From assembly GCA_963734055.1 (NCBI GenBank), contig CAVTFQ010000005.1, positions 152,940 through 216,939 on the forward strand: a DNA stretch of 64,000 nt, written 5' to 3'. This DNA is from an uncultured beta proteobacterium (GTDB lineage Bacteria; Pseudomonadota; Gammaproteobacteria; Burkholderiales; Casimicrobiaceae). The position numbers and the translations under genes were made by a program. Shown here piece after piece: positions 37,137-48,552 of the stretch (the stretch's first letter is position 1; every line of letters starts with the position of its first letter). The notes beneath the pieces were generated by a model, which was not told the DNA's origin, searched no databases, and saw nothing but the letters and a program-made list of their open reading frames with translations.

Positions 37137-37403
37137 GGGCCTGTTCACACTATGTTCGCATGTGCGTTGCACGGCCGAAATGCCCGCTGAGCGAGGCGCG
37201 AAACGAAGCCGGGCCGGCTGCCCGGCGAGGCTTTGCAACGAAGCGCAGGGGCATTTCGGCTGCAACCCGAAGGGAACGGCGTCCCTGGGGCGCCACTCTT
37301 CGTTGCCCTCCTCGCGCAGACGCCCAGTCTGCGCTTCGTCAGGCGCCTCGATTGGCGCCCCGGGCCATCCGTTCGCACATGCGAACATAGTGTGAGCAGG
37401 CCC
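37137..37403. mobile_element. MITE-like element, copy 2 (267 bp, inverted relative to copy 1)
   Basis: ~31-bp TIRs AGGGCCTG(T/C)TCACACTATGTTCGCATGTGCG (1 mismatch), with CTAG at or near both ends. Fills the gap between the ligC stop (37405) and the RBS/start of the LigA-like gene (37117). Confidence 0.7.
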
Positions 37404-37404
37404 T

Positions 37405-39597
<2,193 letters not shown>

Positions 39598-39606
39598 GGT
39601 CGAGCC

Positions 39607-40479
39607 CTAGCTCCAGTAGAGACGCATCGGGTTGTCGACGAGCAGCCTGCGCTGAAGCTCCGGCGTCGTGGCGATCTTCGGCACGAAGTCGACGAGCTTG
39701 CCGTCGTCGGGCATGTGCGTCTTCATGTTCGGGTGCGGCCAGTCGGTGCCCCAGAGCACGCGATCCGGAAAGGTGTCGACGAGTCGCTTCGCGAACGGCA
39801 CGACGTCATCGTATCCCGGCGGCCCCGATTTCGACAGCCGCTCGGGGCAGCTCACCTTCGACCAGATGTTCGGATGCTCCGCCAGCAGGCGCACGAAGCG
39901 CTCGAACTCGGGACCATCGGCCGGCTGCCCGACGTCGGGCCGGCCCATGTGGTCGACGACGACGGTGGTCGGCAGGCTCGTGAAGAATTCCCGGAGCTCG
40001 GGCAGGTCCTGCGCCTCGAAGTAGACGACGACGTGCCAGCCGAGCGGCGCGATCCTCCGCGCGATGTCCGCGAGCACCTCGCGCGGCGTGAAGTCGACGA
40101 GCCGCCGGACGAAGTTGAAGCGCGTCCCGCGGACTCCGGCCGCGTGCAGCGCATGGAGCTCGTCGTCGGTCACGTCGCGGCCGACCGAAGCGACGCCGCG
40201 CGCGCGATCTCCCGAGTTGACCAGCGCGTCGACGAGCGCCCGGTTGTCGTTGCCGTGGCAGGTCGCCTGGACGACGACGTTGCGCTCGAAGCCCAGGAAA
40301 TCGCGCAGCGCGAAGAGCTTCTCCTTCGGCGCATCGCAGGGGGTGTACTTGCGCTCGGGCGCGAACGGGAAGATAGCGGCGGGGCCGAATACGTGGCAGT
40401 GCGCGTCGACGGCGCCTCGCGGCACGGCGTACGCCGGCTTCGACGGCGCGGGATCGAAAGGCAGGTAGTCGGCGTCCAC
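39607..40479 (-). CDS. ligI: 2-pyrone-4,6-dicarboxylate hydrolase (amidohydrolase-2)
   Basis: 290 aa; GAVDAHCHVFGP, VVQATCHG, VVVDHMGRPD, VLWGTDWPHPN, and LLVDNPMRLYWS. GTG start at 40479. Confidence 0.85.
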   Translation of the reverse strand: MDADYLPFDPAPSKPAYAVPRGAVDAHCHVFGPAAIFPFAPERKYTPCDAPKEKLFALRDFLGFERNVVVQATCHGNDNRALVDALVNSGDRARGVASVGRDVTDDELHALHAAGVRGTRFNFVRRLVDFTPREVLADIARRIAPLGWHVVVYFEAQDLPELREFFTSLPTTVVVDHMGRPDVGQPADGPEFERFVRLLAEHPNIWSKVSCPERLSKSGPPGYDDVVPFAKRLVDTFPDRVLWGTDWPHPNMKTHMPDDGKLVDFVPKIATTPELQRRLLVDNPMRLYWS

Positions 40480-40486
40480 GGTCCGG

Positions 40487-40581
40487 AAAAGTAGGGTCAG
40501 AAAGTAGGGTCAGACCCGATTTTCGAAGACGGCTTGCCGGGCTCGGTCTTCTGCGCCGAAAGTAGGGTCTGACCCTACTTT
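40487..40581. repeat. REP cluster: two direct half-sites, a hairpin, and the 23-nt perfect palindrome
   Basis: AAAAGTAGGGTCAG (40487-40500), AAAGTAGGGTCAGACCC (40501-40517), hairpin GAAGAC-N15-GTCTTC (40525-40551), and AAAGTAGGGTCTGACCCTACTTT (40559-40581, identical to 2993-3015). It occupies nearly the whole ligK-ligI spacer. Confidence 0.7.
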
Positions 40582-41274
40582 TCAGTCGACGTACTTGAGG
40601 CCGGCCTTCGCGAGCGCGTCGCGCATGCCGTAGAGGTCGAGGCCCAACTCGCCCGCCGCGAGGCGCTTGCGGTTCGCGTCTTCTTTCTGCTCCCGAGCCT
40701 CTGCGGCCTCGGCGACCGCGGCGACCCGAAGGCGTGGCACGACGACCACGCCGTCGTCGTCGGCGACGATTGCATCACCCGGCTCGACCAGCATGCCGGC
40801 GCAAACCACCGGCACGTTCACGGATCCGAGCGTCGATTTCACGGTGCCGCGGGCGCATACGGCACGCGACCAGACGGGAAATTTCATCGACGAGAGGGTC
40901 GCGACGTCGCGCACGCCGGCGTCGATCACGAGGCCGCGCGCACCGCGCGCCCGGTACGACGTCGCGAGCAGGTCGCCGAACATCCCGTCGTCGTTGTCGG
41001 TCGTGAGGCCCACGACGACGACGTCGCCGGGCCGGATCATCTCGGCCACGACGTGCAGCATCCAGTTGTCGCCGGGTTGCGCGAGCACGGTGACGGCGGT
41101 TCCGCATGCCGCGGCTCCGGGATAGATGGGCCGCAGGTAGGACTTGAGGAGGCCGGTGCGACCCTGCGCCTCGTGCACGGTGGCGGCGCCGTAGCGCCCG
41201 AGCCGCTCGACCGCCGCCGCGTCGGCGCGCTCGATGCTGCGCACCGCGACCCCCGTCTTCCCGTATTCGCCCAT
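40582..41274 (-). CDS. ligK: 4-carboxy-4-hydroxy-2-oxoadipate aldolase / oxaloacetate decarboxylase (RraA-like)
   Basis: [35 protein letters not shown], and [28 protein letters not shown] 41274 has GGGAG 5-6 nt upstream; the ORF-track start at 41286 is a GTG. Confidence 0.85.
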   Translation of the reverse strand: MGEYGKTGVAVRSIERADAAAVERLGRYGAATVHEAQGRTGLLKSYLRPIYPGAAACGTAVTVLAQPGDNWMLHVVAEMIRPGDVVVVGLTTDNDDGMFGDLLATSYRARGARGLVIDAGVRDVATLSSMKFPVWSRAVCARGTVKSTLGSVNVPVVCAGMLVEPGDAIVADDDGVVVVPRLRVAAVAEAAEAREQKEDANRKRLAAGELGLDLYGMRDALAKAGLKYVD

Positions 41275-41352
41275 TGTCGCTCCCACGAGCCCAAGCCAGG
41301 ATCCGCCTCGGCGTCGTGGAACCAGTGTGCGCCACGACGGCCATGATTGAAA

Positions 41353-41394
41353 AGCGCTATTGCTGCACTAGCAGATATGCCGGGGCGGCATGCA
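41353..41394. promoter_or_regulatory. candidate LysR-type operator box upstream of ligK
   Basis: AGCGCTATTGCTGCACTAGCAGATATGCCGGGGCGGCATG is near-identical to 42163-42202. It contains a T-N11-A frame with the dyad GCT(G/A)-N3-TAGC. Confidence 0.45.
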
Positions 41395-41412
41395 TGCCTG
41401 GCCACGCCCCGT

Positions 41413-42096
41413 TCACGCCTCTTCCATCCCGTTCCGCCGCTTCGCCGCCGCCGCGGCGGGCGATGCCATCAAGGCGAGCATCGCGCGTGTCCGCTCGCGT
41501 TGCGCCGACGTTGCAGCGATGCCGGCCGAGAATGTGGTGACAAGCTGGATCGGCGGCGGAAGCGGTCCCACCACGTCGATGCCCTCGAGGTGCATGAGCT
41601 CGGAAAGCTGCTGGAACCCGAGCTCGACCTTCCCTTGGGCCACCAGCGTGCCGACCGGCACGCCCGGCGGCGCCGGCACGAGGCGCGATTTCACGGCGCC
41701 GGCGATGCCCCAGCGCTCGAACAGATTCGCGAGATACGCGCCGCTCGGCCCGGTCGAATAGCTGACGGTGCTCGCGGCGAGCACGGCGCGCCGGACCGCG
41801 TCCTCCGAGCCGATCTCGGGCCGCGGGGCGCCCGCTCGAACCGCCATCGAAACGCCGGACCGGACGAGGTCGACCCGGCTTCCGGCCACGATCCTGCCTT
41901 CCCCAATCAGCTGGTCGATCACGTCGGCCGCGAGCACGACCGCATCGAAGGCTTCGCCCGCGCGCACGCGTCTCGCCGCGTCGACGCCGCCGACCGCCTC
42001 GAGCACGACGTCGTGCGGCGAGCCGAACGCTGCGACGAGCTCGGCCAGCACCTGCCGGGTGGCCATCGACGAAACAATCCTGATCGGGGAAGTCAT
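41413..42096 (-). CDS. periplasmic-binding-protein-fold (ModA-like, type 2) protein without an obvious signal peptide
   Basis: 227 aa; [21 protein letters not shown]..., YSTGPSGAY. Start set at ATG 42096. Confidence 0.6.
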   Translation of the reverse strand: MTSPIRIVSSMATRQVLAELVAAFGSPHDVVLEAVGGVDAARRVRAGEAFDAVVLAADVIDQLIGEGRIVAGSRVDLVRSGVSMAVRAGAPRPEIGSEDAVRRAVLAASTVSYSTGPSGAYLANLFERWGIAGAVKSRLVPAPPGVPVGTLVAQGKVELGFQQLSELMHLEGIDVVGPLPPPIQLVTTFSAGIAATSAQRERTRAMLALMASPAAAAAKRRNGMEEA

Positions 42097-42162
42097 CGGA
42101 GATCGATCCACCGGCGCGATGCGCTCGGCGCCAAGTCTGCGCCGCCGCCGGGGCATCGCAAC

Positions 42163-42204
42163 AGCGCCATTGCTACACTAGCAGTTATGCCGCATCGGCA
42201 TGAC
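42163..42204. promoter_or_regulatory. candidate LysR-type operator box in the divergent promoter region
   Basis: AGCGCCATTGCTACACTAGCAGTTATGCCGCATCGGCATG with the dyad GCTA-CAC-TAGC inside T-N11-A. Lies between the divergently transcribed 41413-42096 gene and the LysR gene. Confidence 0.5.
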
Positions 42205-42224
42205 CGTTTGCCGCGAACTTCGCG

Positions 42225-43139
42225 ATGGACCTGAAGCAGCTCGAATACTTCGTCAACGTCGTCGACCTCGGCGGATTCAGCCGAGCGGCGCGGCTCCTCG
42301 GCGTCGCGCAGCCGGCGATCAGCCGGCAGGTCAGGAGCCTCGAGGTCGAGCTCCGCCAGAACCTCCTCGTCCGCAACGGTCGCGGCGCCGCTCCGACGGA
42401 AGCCGGCAAGCGCCTGCTCGCGCACGCCCGCGGCATCCTGCAGCAGGTCGAGCGCGCGCGCGCCGAGGTCGACGAGATCAAGGGAGCGCCCGTCGGCCAC
42501 GTCGTCGTCGGGTTGCCTCCCACGCTCGCGCGGCTGCTCACGGCGCCCATCGTCCGGGAGTTCCGGCGGCGCTTCCCGCGCGCGACGCTGTCGATCGTCG
42601 AAGGCCTCTCGTCGTCGATGCACGAGTGGCTGCAGGTCGGACGCATCGACGTCGGCCTTCTCTACAACCCGGCGCCCTCGCCCGCCGTCGATGCTCGCCC
42701 GCTGCTCGAGGAGCCGTTGTGCTTCGTGGCGCGACGCGAGAAATCCGCCCGGGTCCGCGCGATGCCGCTCGCCGACCTGCCGCGCCATCCGCTCATCATC
42801 CCGAGCCGGCCGAACGCGATCCGGATGCTGGTCGAGACGCGACTCGCGGCGATCGGCCAGAAGCCGCAGGTCGCGCTCGAGATCGACGCCGTCTCCGCGA
42901 TCCTCGAGCTCGTCGCCGAAGGCCACGGCTTCGCGGTGCTCTCGGCGCGCGCGCTCGACGGCGCCGGCGTGGCCCGCAAGCTCGTCGCGCGGCCCATCGT
43001 CCGGCCGCGAATCGCGAGCACGCTGGCAATCGCCACTTCGGCGCAGCGGCCATCGACGCCGCTGCAGCAGGCGAGCGTCGGCCTGATCGAGGAGGTCGCA
43101 GTCCGCGCCGTTGCGCCGGGGCGCCGCCGCCCGGGATAA
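42225..43139 (+). CDS. LysR-family transcriptional regulator (LigR-like by context)
   Basis: HTH MDLKQLEYFVNVVDLGGFSRAARLLGVAQPAISRQVRSLE. 304 aa, divergent from the lig genes. Confidence 0.85.
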   Translation: MDLKQLEYFVNVVDLGGFSRAARLLGVAQPAISRQVRSLEVELRQNLLVRNGRGAAPTEAGKRLLAHARGILQQVERARAEVDEIKGAPVGHVVVGLPPTLARLLTAPIVREFRRRFPRATLSIVEGLSSSMHEWLQVGRIDVGLLYNPAPSPAVDARPLLEEPLCFVARREKSARVRAMPLADLPRHPLIIPSRPNAIRMLVETRLAAIGQKPQVALEIDAVSAILELVAEGHGFAVLSARALDGAGVARKLVARPIVRPRIASTLAIATSAQRPSTPLQQASVGLIEEVAVRAVAPGRRRPG

Positions 43140-43170
43140 TCCCGCCGAGTTCATCGCCTGAGGACCCGTC

Positions 43171-44091
43171 ATGAACGAGACCGCGCACCTCGACGACCGG
43201 CGCCTCGCCGTCATAGGCTTCGGCGAAGCGGGCCGCGTTCTCGCGGCCGGGCTCGCAGCCACGGGACGCTTCGACGTCTCCGCGTACGATATCCTCGTTC
43301 GCGATCCCGCCGGACGCGGACCGATGCTCGCGGCTGCCGCCGAGCGCAGCGTCGCGATGAAGGAATCGCATCGCGACGCCATTGCCGGAGCACGGATCAT
43401 CGTTTCCGCGGTCACCGCGACGTCGTCGACCGACGTCGCGCGCGAGGCCGCGGCATCGCTCGCGGCCGGCCAGATCTTCGCGGACATCAACTCGGTGTCG
43501 CCGGGCACCAAGCGCGCGAACGCGAAGCTGATCGAGGACGCCGGCGGCCATTACGTCGACGTTGCGGTGATGGCCCCGGTACCGCCCTACGGGCTCAAGG
43601 TGCCGATTCTGCTCGGCGGAGCGAAGGCCGCGGAGCTCACGGCCCGCCTCGCGCCCGCCGGCATGAACCTCGAGATCGTCGCCGACGCCGTCGGCACCGC
43701 GTCGGCGATCAAGATGTGCCGCAGCGTGATGATCAAGGGCATCGAAGCGCTGGTCGTCGAGTGCTTGCTGGGCGCCCGCCGCTACGGCGTCGAGGATCGC
43801 GTGCTGGCTTCCCTCGAGGAGACCTTCCCGCAGATGAAGTGGAACGAGCGCGCCGACTACCTCGTGAGCCGCGTCGTCGTGCACGGCCGCCGTCGCGCGG
43901 CCGAGATGCGGGAGGTCGCGGCGACGCTTCGCGAGGCCGGGCTCGAGCCGTTCATGGCGAGCGCGACAGCGCAATGCCAGGATCGCATCGCCGACCTGGC
44001 CGACGCCGAGGATCGCGCGCACGCCGCGGGGAAGGATTTTTCGTGGCGCCGATTCGCCGACGGGCTGGGGGTGCCGGAGACGGTCGCCTAG
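43171..44091 (+). CDS. NAD(P)-binding 6-phosphogluconate-dehydrogenase-like protein (DUF1932-type C-terminus)
   Basis: Rossmann LAVIGFGEAG and IKMCRSVMIKGIEALVVE. 306 aa. Confidence 0.65.
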   Translation: MNETAHLDDRRLAVIGFGEAGRVLAAGLAATGRFDVSAYDILVRDPAGRGPMLAAAAERSVAMKESHRDAIAGARIIVSAVTATSSTDVAREAAASLAAGQIFADINSVSPGTKRANAKLIEDAGGHYVDVAVMAPVPPYGLKVPILLGGAKAAELTARLAPAGMNLEIVADAVGTASAIKMCRSVMIKGIEALVVECLLGARRYGVEDRVLASLEETFPQMKWNERADYLVSRVVVHGRRRAAEMREVAATLREAGLEPFMASATAQCQDRIADLADAEDRAHAAGKDFSWRRFADGLGVPETVA

Positions 44092-44149
44092 GCAGTCTGG
44101 TCCGGACCGCAACGGAGGAGCGGAGCACAGCGCCCGCCGCGCGACGTAA

Positions 44150-47100
44150 TCACACGCCTGACGGTTGCCGGCGATCGAGCGCACGCGCAAGCACCCGGAT
44201 GGCGTGGACCGCCTCGCGGCCCGCGCCATCGCTGATCTGGTGCCGGCAGCTCGTACCGTCGGCCACGATCAGCGTCGCGGAGTCGGCGCCGCGCACGGCA
44301 GGCAAGAGCGAGAGTTCGGCCATCCGCATCGACACGTCGTAGTGGGCGGCCTCGTAGCCGAAGCTCCCCGCCATTCCGCAGCAGCTCGTTTCGACGACGT
44401 CCACGGCGAGCTCGGGGACGAGGCGCAGAACCTCGCGGACCGGCGTGAAGGCGTCGAAGGCTTTCTGGTGGCAGTGGCCGTGGACGAGCGCGCGCTTCTC
44501 GGGGAGCGCGACGAGCGGGAGGCGCAGGCGCCCCGCCCGATGCTCCCGCGCGAGATATTCCTCGATCAGCAAGGCGCGTTCGGACAGCCGGCGGGCCGCC
44601 TCGCCGAGCCCCAGGACCAGGAACTCGTCGCGCAGCGTGAGCAGGCACGACGGCTCGAGGCCGACCACAGAGGCGCCGCGCTCGATGTGCGGCGCCAGCG
44701 CCGCGACCATCCGCCGCGCCTCGCGCCTCGCCTCGTCGAGCATGCCGGCGACGAGGTAGGTTCTTCCGCAGCACAGCGGTCGTGGCGGGTCGGCGTCGTC
44801 TGCGGAAGGCTGTGCGATCGCGACCCGGCGACCCGCGGCTTCCAGCACGGCCACCGCGGCGTGCGCGTTCTCCGGTTCGAAATACTCGCTGAACGTGTCG
44901 ACGAACAGCACGACGTCGGCGGCACCGGCGCTGGCACGATCGCGATGCGTCCGGAAGAACGTGTCGCGGCGAAAGCGCGGCAGCGAGCGGCGGGCTGAGA
45001 GTCCCCACCACGCCTCGGAAAGCCGCGCCGCGCCGGGCAGCGTGTCGCGCAGGTTCGCGATGCCCGGCCATCGCGCCGCCCACGGCGCCCATCGGGGCAG
45101 GTGAGCGATCACGCGATCCTTGAGCGAGACCCCGTGCGCGCGCTGCCACTGATGGTTGAACTCGATCTTCATCTTCGCCATGTCGACGCCCGTGGGGCAG
45201 TCGCGCCGGCAGCCCTTGCAGCTGACGCAGAGGTCGAGCGCCTCGCGCACGGCGTCGGACGCGAACTCGGATCCGAGCTGGCCCGAGAGCGCGAGCCGCA
45301 ACGTGTTCGCGCGGCCCCGCGTCAGGTGGATCTCGTCCCTCGTGACGCGATAGCTCGGGCACATCGTGCCGGCATCGAACTTGCGGCAGTGGCCGTTGTT
45401 GTTGCACATCTCGACGGCCTTGCCGAAACCGTGCGCGGGGTCTCCCCCCGTTCCCGGCGCCGACACGGTGTCGGCTGCCGGATCGTGGTGCACGTTCCAT
45501 TCCGACCAGTCGAGGCCGGTGTCGAGCGCGAGCGGCCGGTAAGCAGGACCGAAGCGGAACAGCGTCGCGTCGTCCATCCGCGTCCCGCGGACGATCTTGC
45601 CGGGATTCATGAGCCCCGTCGGGTCGAACACGTCTTTGATCGCCTCGAACGCGCGCGTGAGCCGCGGTCCGAACTGCCAGGCGACCCATTCGGTGCGCAC
45701 GAGGCCGTCGCCGTGCTCGCCCGAGTACGCGCCCTTGTACTCGCGCACCATCGCGCTCGCCTCCTCGGCGATCGCGCGCATCTTCGCCGCGCCGTCGCGG
45801 CGCATGTCGAGGATCGGCCGCACGTGGAGCGTTCCCACCGATGCGTGCGCGTACCACGTCCCGCGGGTGCCGTGCTTGCGGAACACCGCGCTGAGCCGGT
45901 CGACGTAATCGGCGAGATGCTCGAGCGGCACCGCGCAGTCCTCGATGAACGACACCGGCTTGCCGTCGCCCTTCATGCTCATCATGATGTTGAGTCCCGC
46001 CTTGCGGACCTCCCACAGCGCCTTCTGCGCCCCGGCGTCGGTCAGCTGCACGACGCATCCCGGCAACCCCAGGTCGCCCATCAGCGCGACGAGGTCGCGG
46101 AGCGCCTGCGCCGGCGCGTCGGCCGCATCGCCGATGAACTCCACGAGCAGGATCGCGTCGGGCTCGCCGATCAGCGCGCGCTCGATGACGGGCCCGAAGG
46201 CGGGGTTCCCGCGCGCGAGGTCGATCATCGTCCGGTCGACGAGCTCGACGGCCGAGGGGCCGAGGCGAACGATGTGCCGCGCGGCATCCATGGCCTTGTA
46301 CAGCGTCGGAAAATTGACGACGCCGAGCACGCGGTGCCGGGGCGGCGCCGCAAGACGCAGCGTGAGCGTGCGCGTCCAGGCAAGCGTCCCTTCGCTGCCC
46401 ACCAGCAGATGCGCGAAGTTGACGCTGCCGTCCGCGGTGTAGGGCCGTTCGCTCTGCGGGCAGCAGAGGTCGATGTTGTAGCCGCCGACGCGCCGCACGA
46501 CCTTCGGCACCTGCCGCTCGATCTCGTCGCGCTCCCGCGCCCCGAGCGCCCGCAGCCGTTCCACGAGGTCGCGGATCCGCGGCACCGCGAGATCCATCTC
46601 CCGTTCCGGGCCGAAGCGGGCCTGCGTGCCGTCCGCGAGCGTCGCCTCGATGGCGAGCACGTTGTGGACCATGTTGCCGTAGGCGATCGAGCGCGAGCCG
46701 CACGAGTTGTTGCCGGCCATGCCGCCCAGCGTGCACTGCGCCGAGGTGCTGACATCGACGGGAAACCAGAGGTCGTGCGGCCGCAGCCAGGCGTTGAGCG
46801 CATCGAGCACGATGCCCGGCTCGACGGTCACCGTGCGTTCCTCGCGGTCGAACGCGACGACGCCATTCAGGTGCTTGCTGTGATCGACGACCAGCGCCGC
46901 GCCGACCGTCTGCCCGCACTGCGAGCTCCCGGCACCGCGCGGGAGCAGCGGCACGCCGAGCTCGCGGCAGATGTCGAGCGCCGCGCGGACGTCGTCATCG
47001 GTCCGCGGGACCAGCACGCCGACCGGCTCGACCTGATAGATCGACGCGTCGGTCGAATAGCGGCCGCGCGACGCGCGATCGAACAGCACGTCGCCCTGCA

Positions 47101-47221
47101 CCGCGCCGCGCAGCCGTCGCGCGAGATCGCCGGCGCCGCTACTGGGCTGGTACACGAGCGGGCGGGCGTCCGGGGCGTTCATGGTCGTGGACGGAGCCGC
47201 CGAGTTGGTGCGCGGCCCCAA
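44150..47221 (-). CDS. FAD-binding oxidase fused to an Fe-S/CCG-domain oxidoreductase (YdiJ-like)
   Basis: 1023 aa with FAD_binding_4 region PRGAGSSQCGQ. Cys clusters CNNNGHCRKFDAGTMCPSY and CVSCKGCRRDCP, and C-terminal CCG motifs (CCGRTY, ETSCCGMAGSFG). Size matches E. coli YdiJ as I recall it. Confidence 0.8.
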   Translation of the reverse strand: MGPRTNSAAPSTTMNAPDARPLVYQPSSGAGDLARRLRGAVQGDVLFDRASRGRYSTDASIYQVEPVGVLVPRTDDDVRAALDICRELGVPLLPRGAGSSQCGQTVGAALVVDHSKHLNGVVAFDREERTVTVEPGIVLDALNAWLRPHDLWFPVDVSTSAQCTLGGMAGNNSCGSRSIAYGNMVHNVLAIEATLADGTQARFGPEREMDLAVPRIRDLVERLRALGARERDEIERQVPKVVRRVGGYNIDLCCPQSERPYTADGSVNFAHLLVGSEGTLAWTRTLTLRLAAPPRHRVLGVVNFPTLYKAMDAARHIVRLGPSAVELVDRTMIDLARGNPAFGPVIERALIGEPDAILLVEFIGDAADAPAQALRDLVALMGDLGLPGCVVQLTDAGAQKALWEVRKAGLNIMMSMKGDGKPVSFIEDCAVPLEHLADYVDRLSAVFRKHGTRGTWYAHASVGTLHVRPILDMRRDGAAKMRAIAEEASAMVREYKGAYSGEHGDGLVRTEWVAWQFGPRLTRAFEAIKDVFDPTGLMNPGKIVRGTRMDDATLFRFGPAYRPLALDTGLDWSEWNVHHDPAADTVSAPGTGGDPAHGFGKAVEMCNNNGHCRKFDAGTMCPSYRVTRDEIHLTRGRANTLRLALSGQLGSEFASDAVREALDLCVSCKGCRRDCPTGVDMAKMKIEFNHQWQRAHGVSLKDRVIAHLPRWAPWAARWPGIANLRDTLPGAARLSEAWWGLSARRSLPRFRRDTFFRTHRDRASAGAADVVLFVDTFSEYFEPENAHAAVAVLEAAGRRVAIAQPSADDADPPRPLCCGRTYLVAGMLDEARREARRMVAALAPHIERGASVVGLEPSCLLTLRDEFLVLGLGEAARRLSERALLIEEYLAREHRAGRLRLPLVALPEKRALVHGHCHQKAFDAFTPVREVLRLVPELAVDVVETSCCGMAGSFGYEAAHYDVSMRMAELSLLPAVRGADSATLIVADGTSCRHQISDGAGREAVHAIRVLARALDRRQPSGV

Positions 47222-47287
47222 ACGTGGCTATGATAGCCGCGGCATCGCAAGGACGGTCGGCCCGTCGCCGCGATCCCGGAGGTTTCC

Positions 47288-48505
47288 ATGTTCGAGCTCG
47301 ACGCACACCCGTCCGGGCGTCACTTCCTGCAGATTCCCGGCCCCACCAACGTGCCGGAGCGCGTCCTGCGCGCGATCGACCGGCCGACGATCGACCATCG
47401 CGGTCCGGAGTTCGCGCGACTCACCCAGGAAATCCTCGAAGGCCTGAAGGAGGTCTTCCGGACACGGGGCCCGATCGTGACGTATGCCGCCTCCGGCACC
47501 GGCGCATGGGAGGCTGCGCTCGTCAACACGCTGTCGCCCGGCGACCGCGTGCTGATGTTCGAAACGGGTCACTTCGCGACGCTGTGGCGCGCGATGGCGG
47601 AGCGCCTGGGCCTCGTCGTCGACTTCGTCCCCGGCGACTGGCGCAGCGGCGTCGACCCCGCGCGCGTCGAGGCCAAGCTCGCGGAGGATCGCGGGCATGC
47701 CATCAAGGCAGTGATGGCCGTCCACAACGAGACGTCCACCGGCGTCACGTCGCGCATCGCCCTAGTCCGGCACGCCATCGACCGTGCCGGACATCCGGCA
47801 CTGTTCATGGTCGACACGATCAGCTCGCTCGCGTCGATCGACTATCGGCACGACGAGTGGGGCGTGGACGTCACCGTCGCGGGCTCGCAGAAGGGGCTGA
47901 TGCTGCCGCCCGGCCTGTCTTTCAACGCGGTGAGCGAGAAGGCGCTCGCCGCGGGCAAGCACGCGAAGCTGCCCCGTTCCTACTGGCGCTGGGACGAAAC
48001 GATCGCGATGAACCGTCAAGGCTACTTCCCGTCGACGCCCGCGACCAACCTGCTCTACGGCCTGCACGAAGCGCTCGCGATGCTGCGCGAGGAGGGCCTC
48101 CCGAACGTGCTCGCTCGTCATGCGCGCCACGCGGAAGCCACGCGCCGCGCGGTCCGCGGCTGGGGGCTCGAAGTGCTCTGCCGCGATCCCGCGGAATACA
48201 GCGGGTCGCTGACCGCCGTGCTGTTGCCCGAAGGACACGACGCGGACCTGCTGCGCAAGGAGATCCTCGCGCGCTACGACCTCTCGCTCGGCACGGGGCT
48301 CGGCAAGCTCGCCGGTCGCGTGTTCCGGATCGGCCATCTCGGCTGGTTCAACGACCTCATGCTGTGCGGGACGCTGTGCGGCGTCGAGATGGGGCTCGCC
48401 GTGCGCGAAGTTCCGCACCGCGCAGACGGCGTGCAGGAGGCGCTCGCCTTCCTGCGGCAGGATGGCCAAACGACCACAACGAAGGCGCACAAACGCGCCG
48501 CCTGA
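47288..48505 (+). CDS. class V aminotransferase (serine/alanine-glyoxylate aminotransferase-like)
   Basis: 405 aa; IPGPTNVPERVL and PLP-lysine region AGSQKGLMLPPGLSF. Confidence 0.8.
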   Translation: MFELDAHPSGRHFLQIPGPTNVPERVLRAIDRPTIDHRGPEFARLTQEILEGLKEVFRTRGPIVTYAASGTGAWEAALVNTLSPGDRVLMFETGHFATLWRAMAERLGLVVDFVPGDWRSGVDPARVEAKLAEDRGHAIKAVMAVHNETSTGVTSRIALVRHAIDRAGHPALFMVDTISSLASIDYRHDEWGVDVTVAGSQKGLMLPPGLSFNAVSEKALAAGKHAKLPRSYWRWDETIAMNRQGYFPSTPATNLLYGLHEALAMLREEGLPNVLARHARHAEATRRAVRGWGLEVLCRDPAEYSGSLTAVLLPEGHDADLLRKEILARYDLSLGTGLGKLAGRVFRIGHLGWFNDLMLCGTLCGVEMGLAVREVPHRADGVQEALAFLRQDGQTTTTKAHKRAA

Positions 48506-48552
48506 GCGCGGGCAACTCTCGCCCGCGCTCCCACTGGAGGAGGAAGCTCGCC

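Noticed and set aside
44088-47233. A 943-aa minus-strand ORF and a 710-aa plus-strand ORF overlapping the YdiJ-like gene.
   Set aside because: The same reasoning applies. The third frame (44150..47221) carries the FAD-binding and Fe-S/CCG motifs, and the others are Arg-rich shadows.
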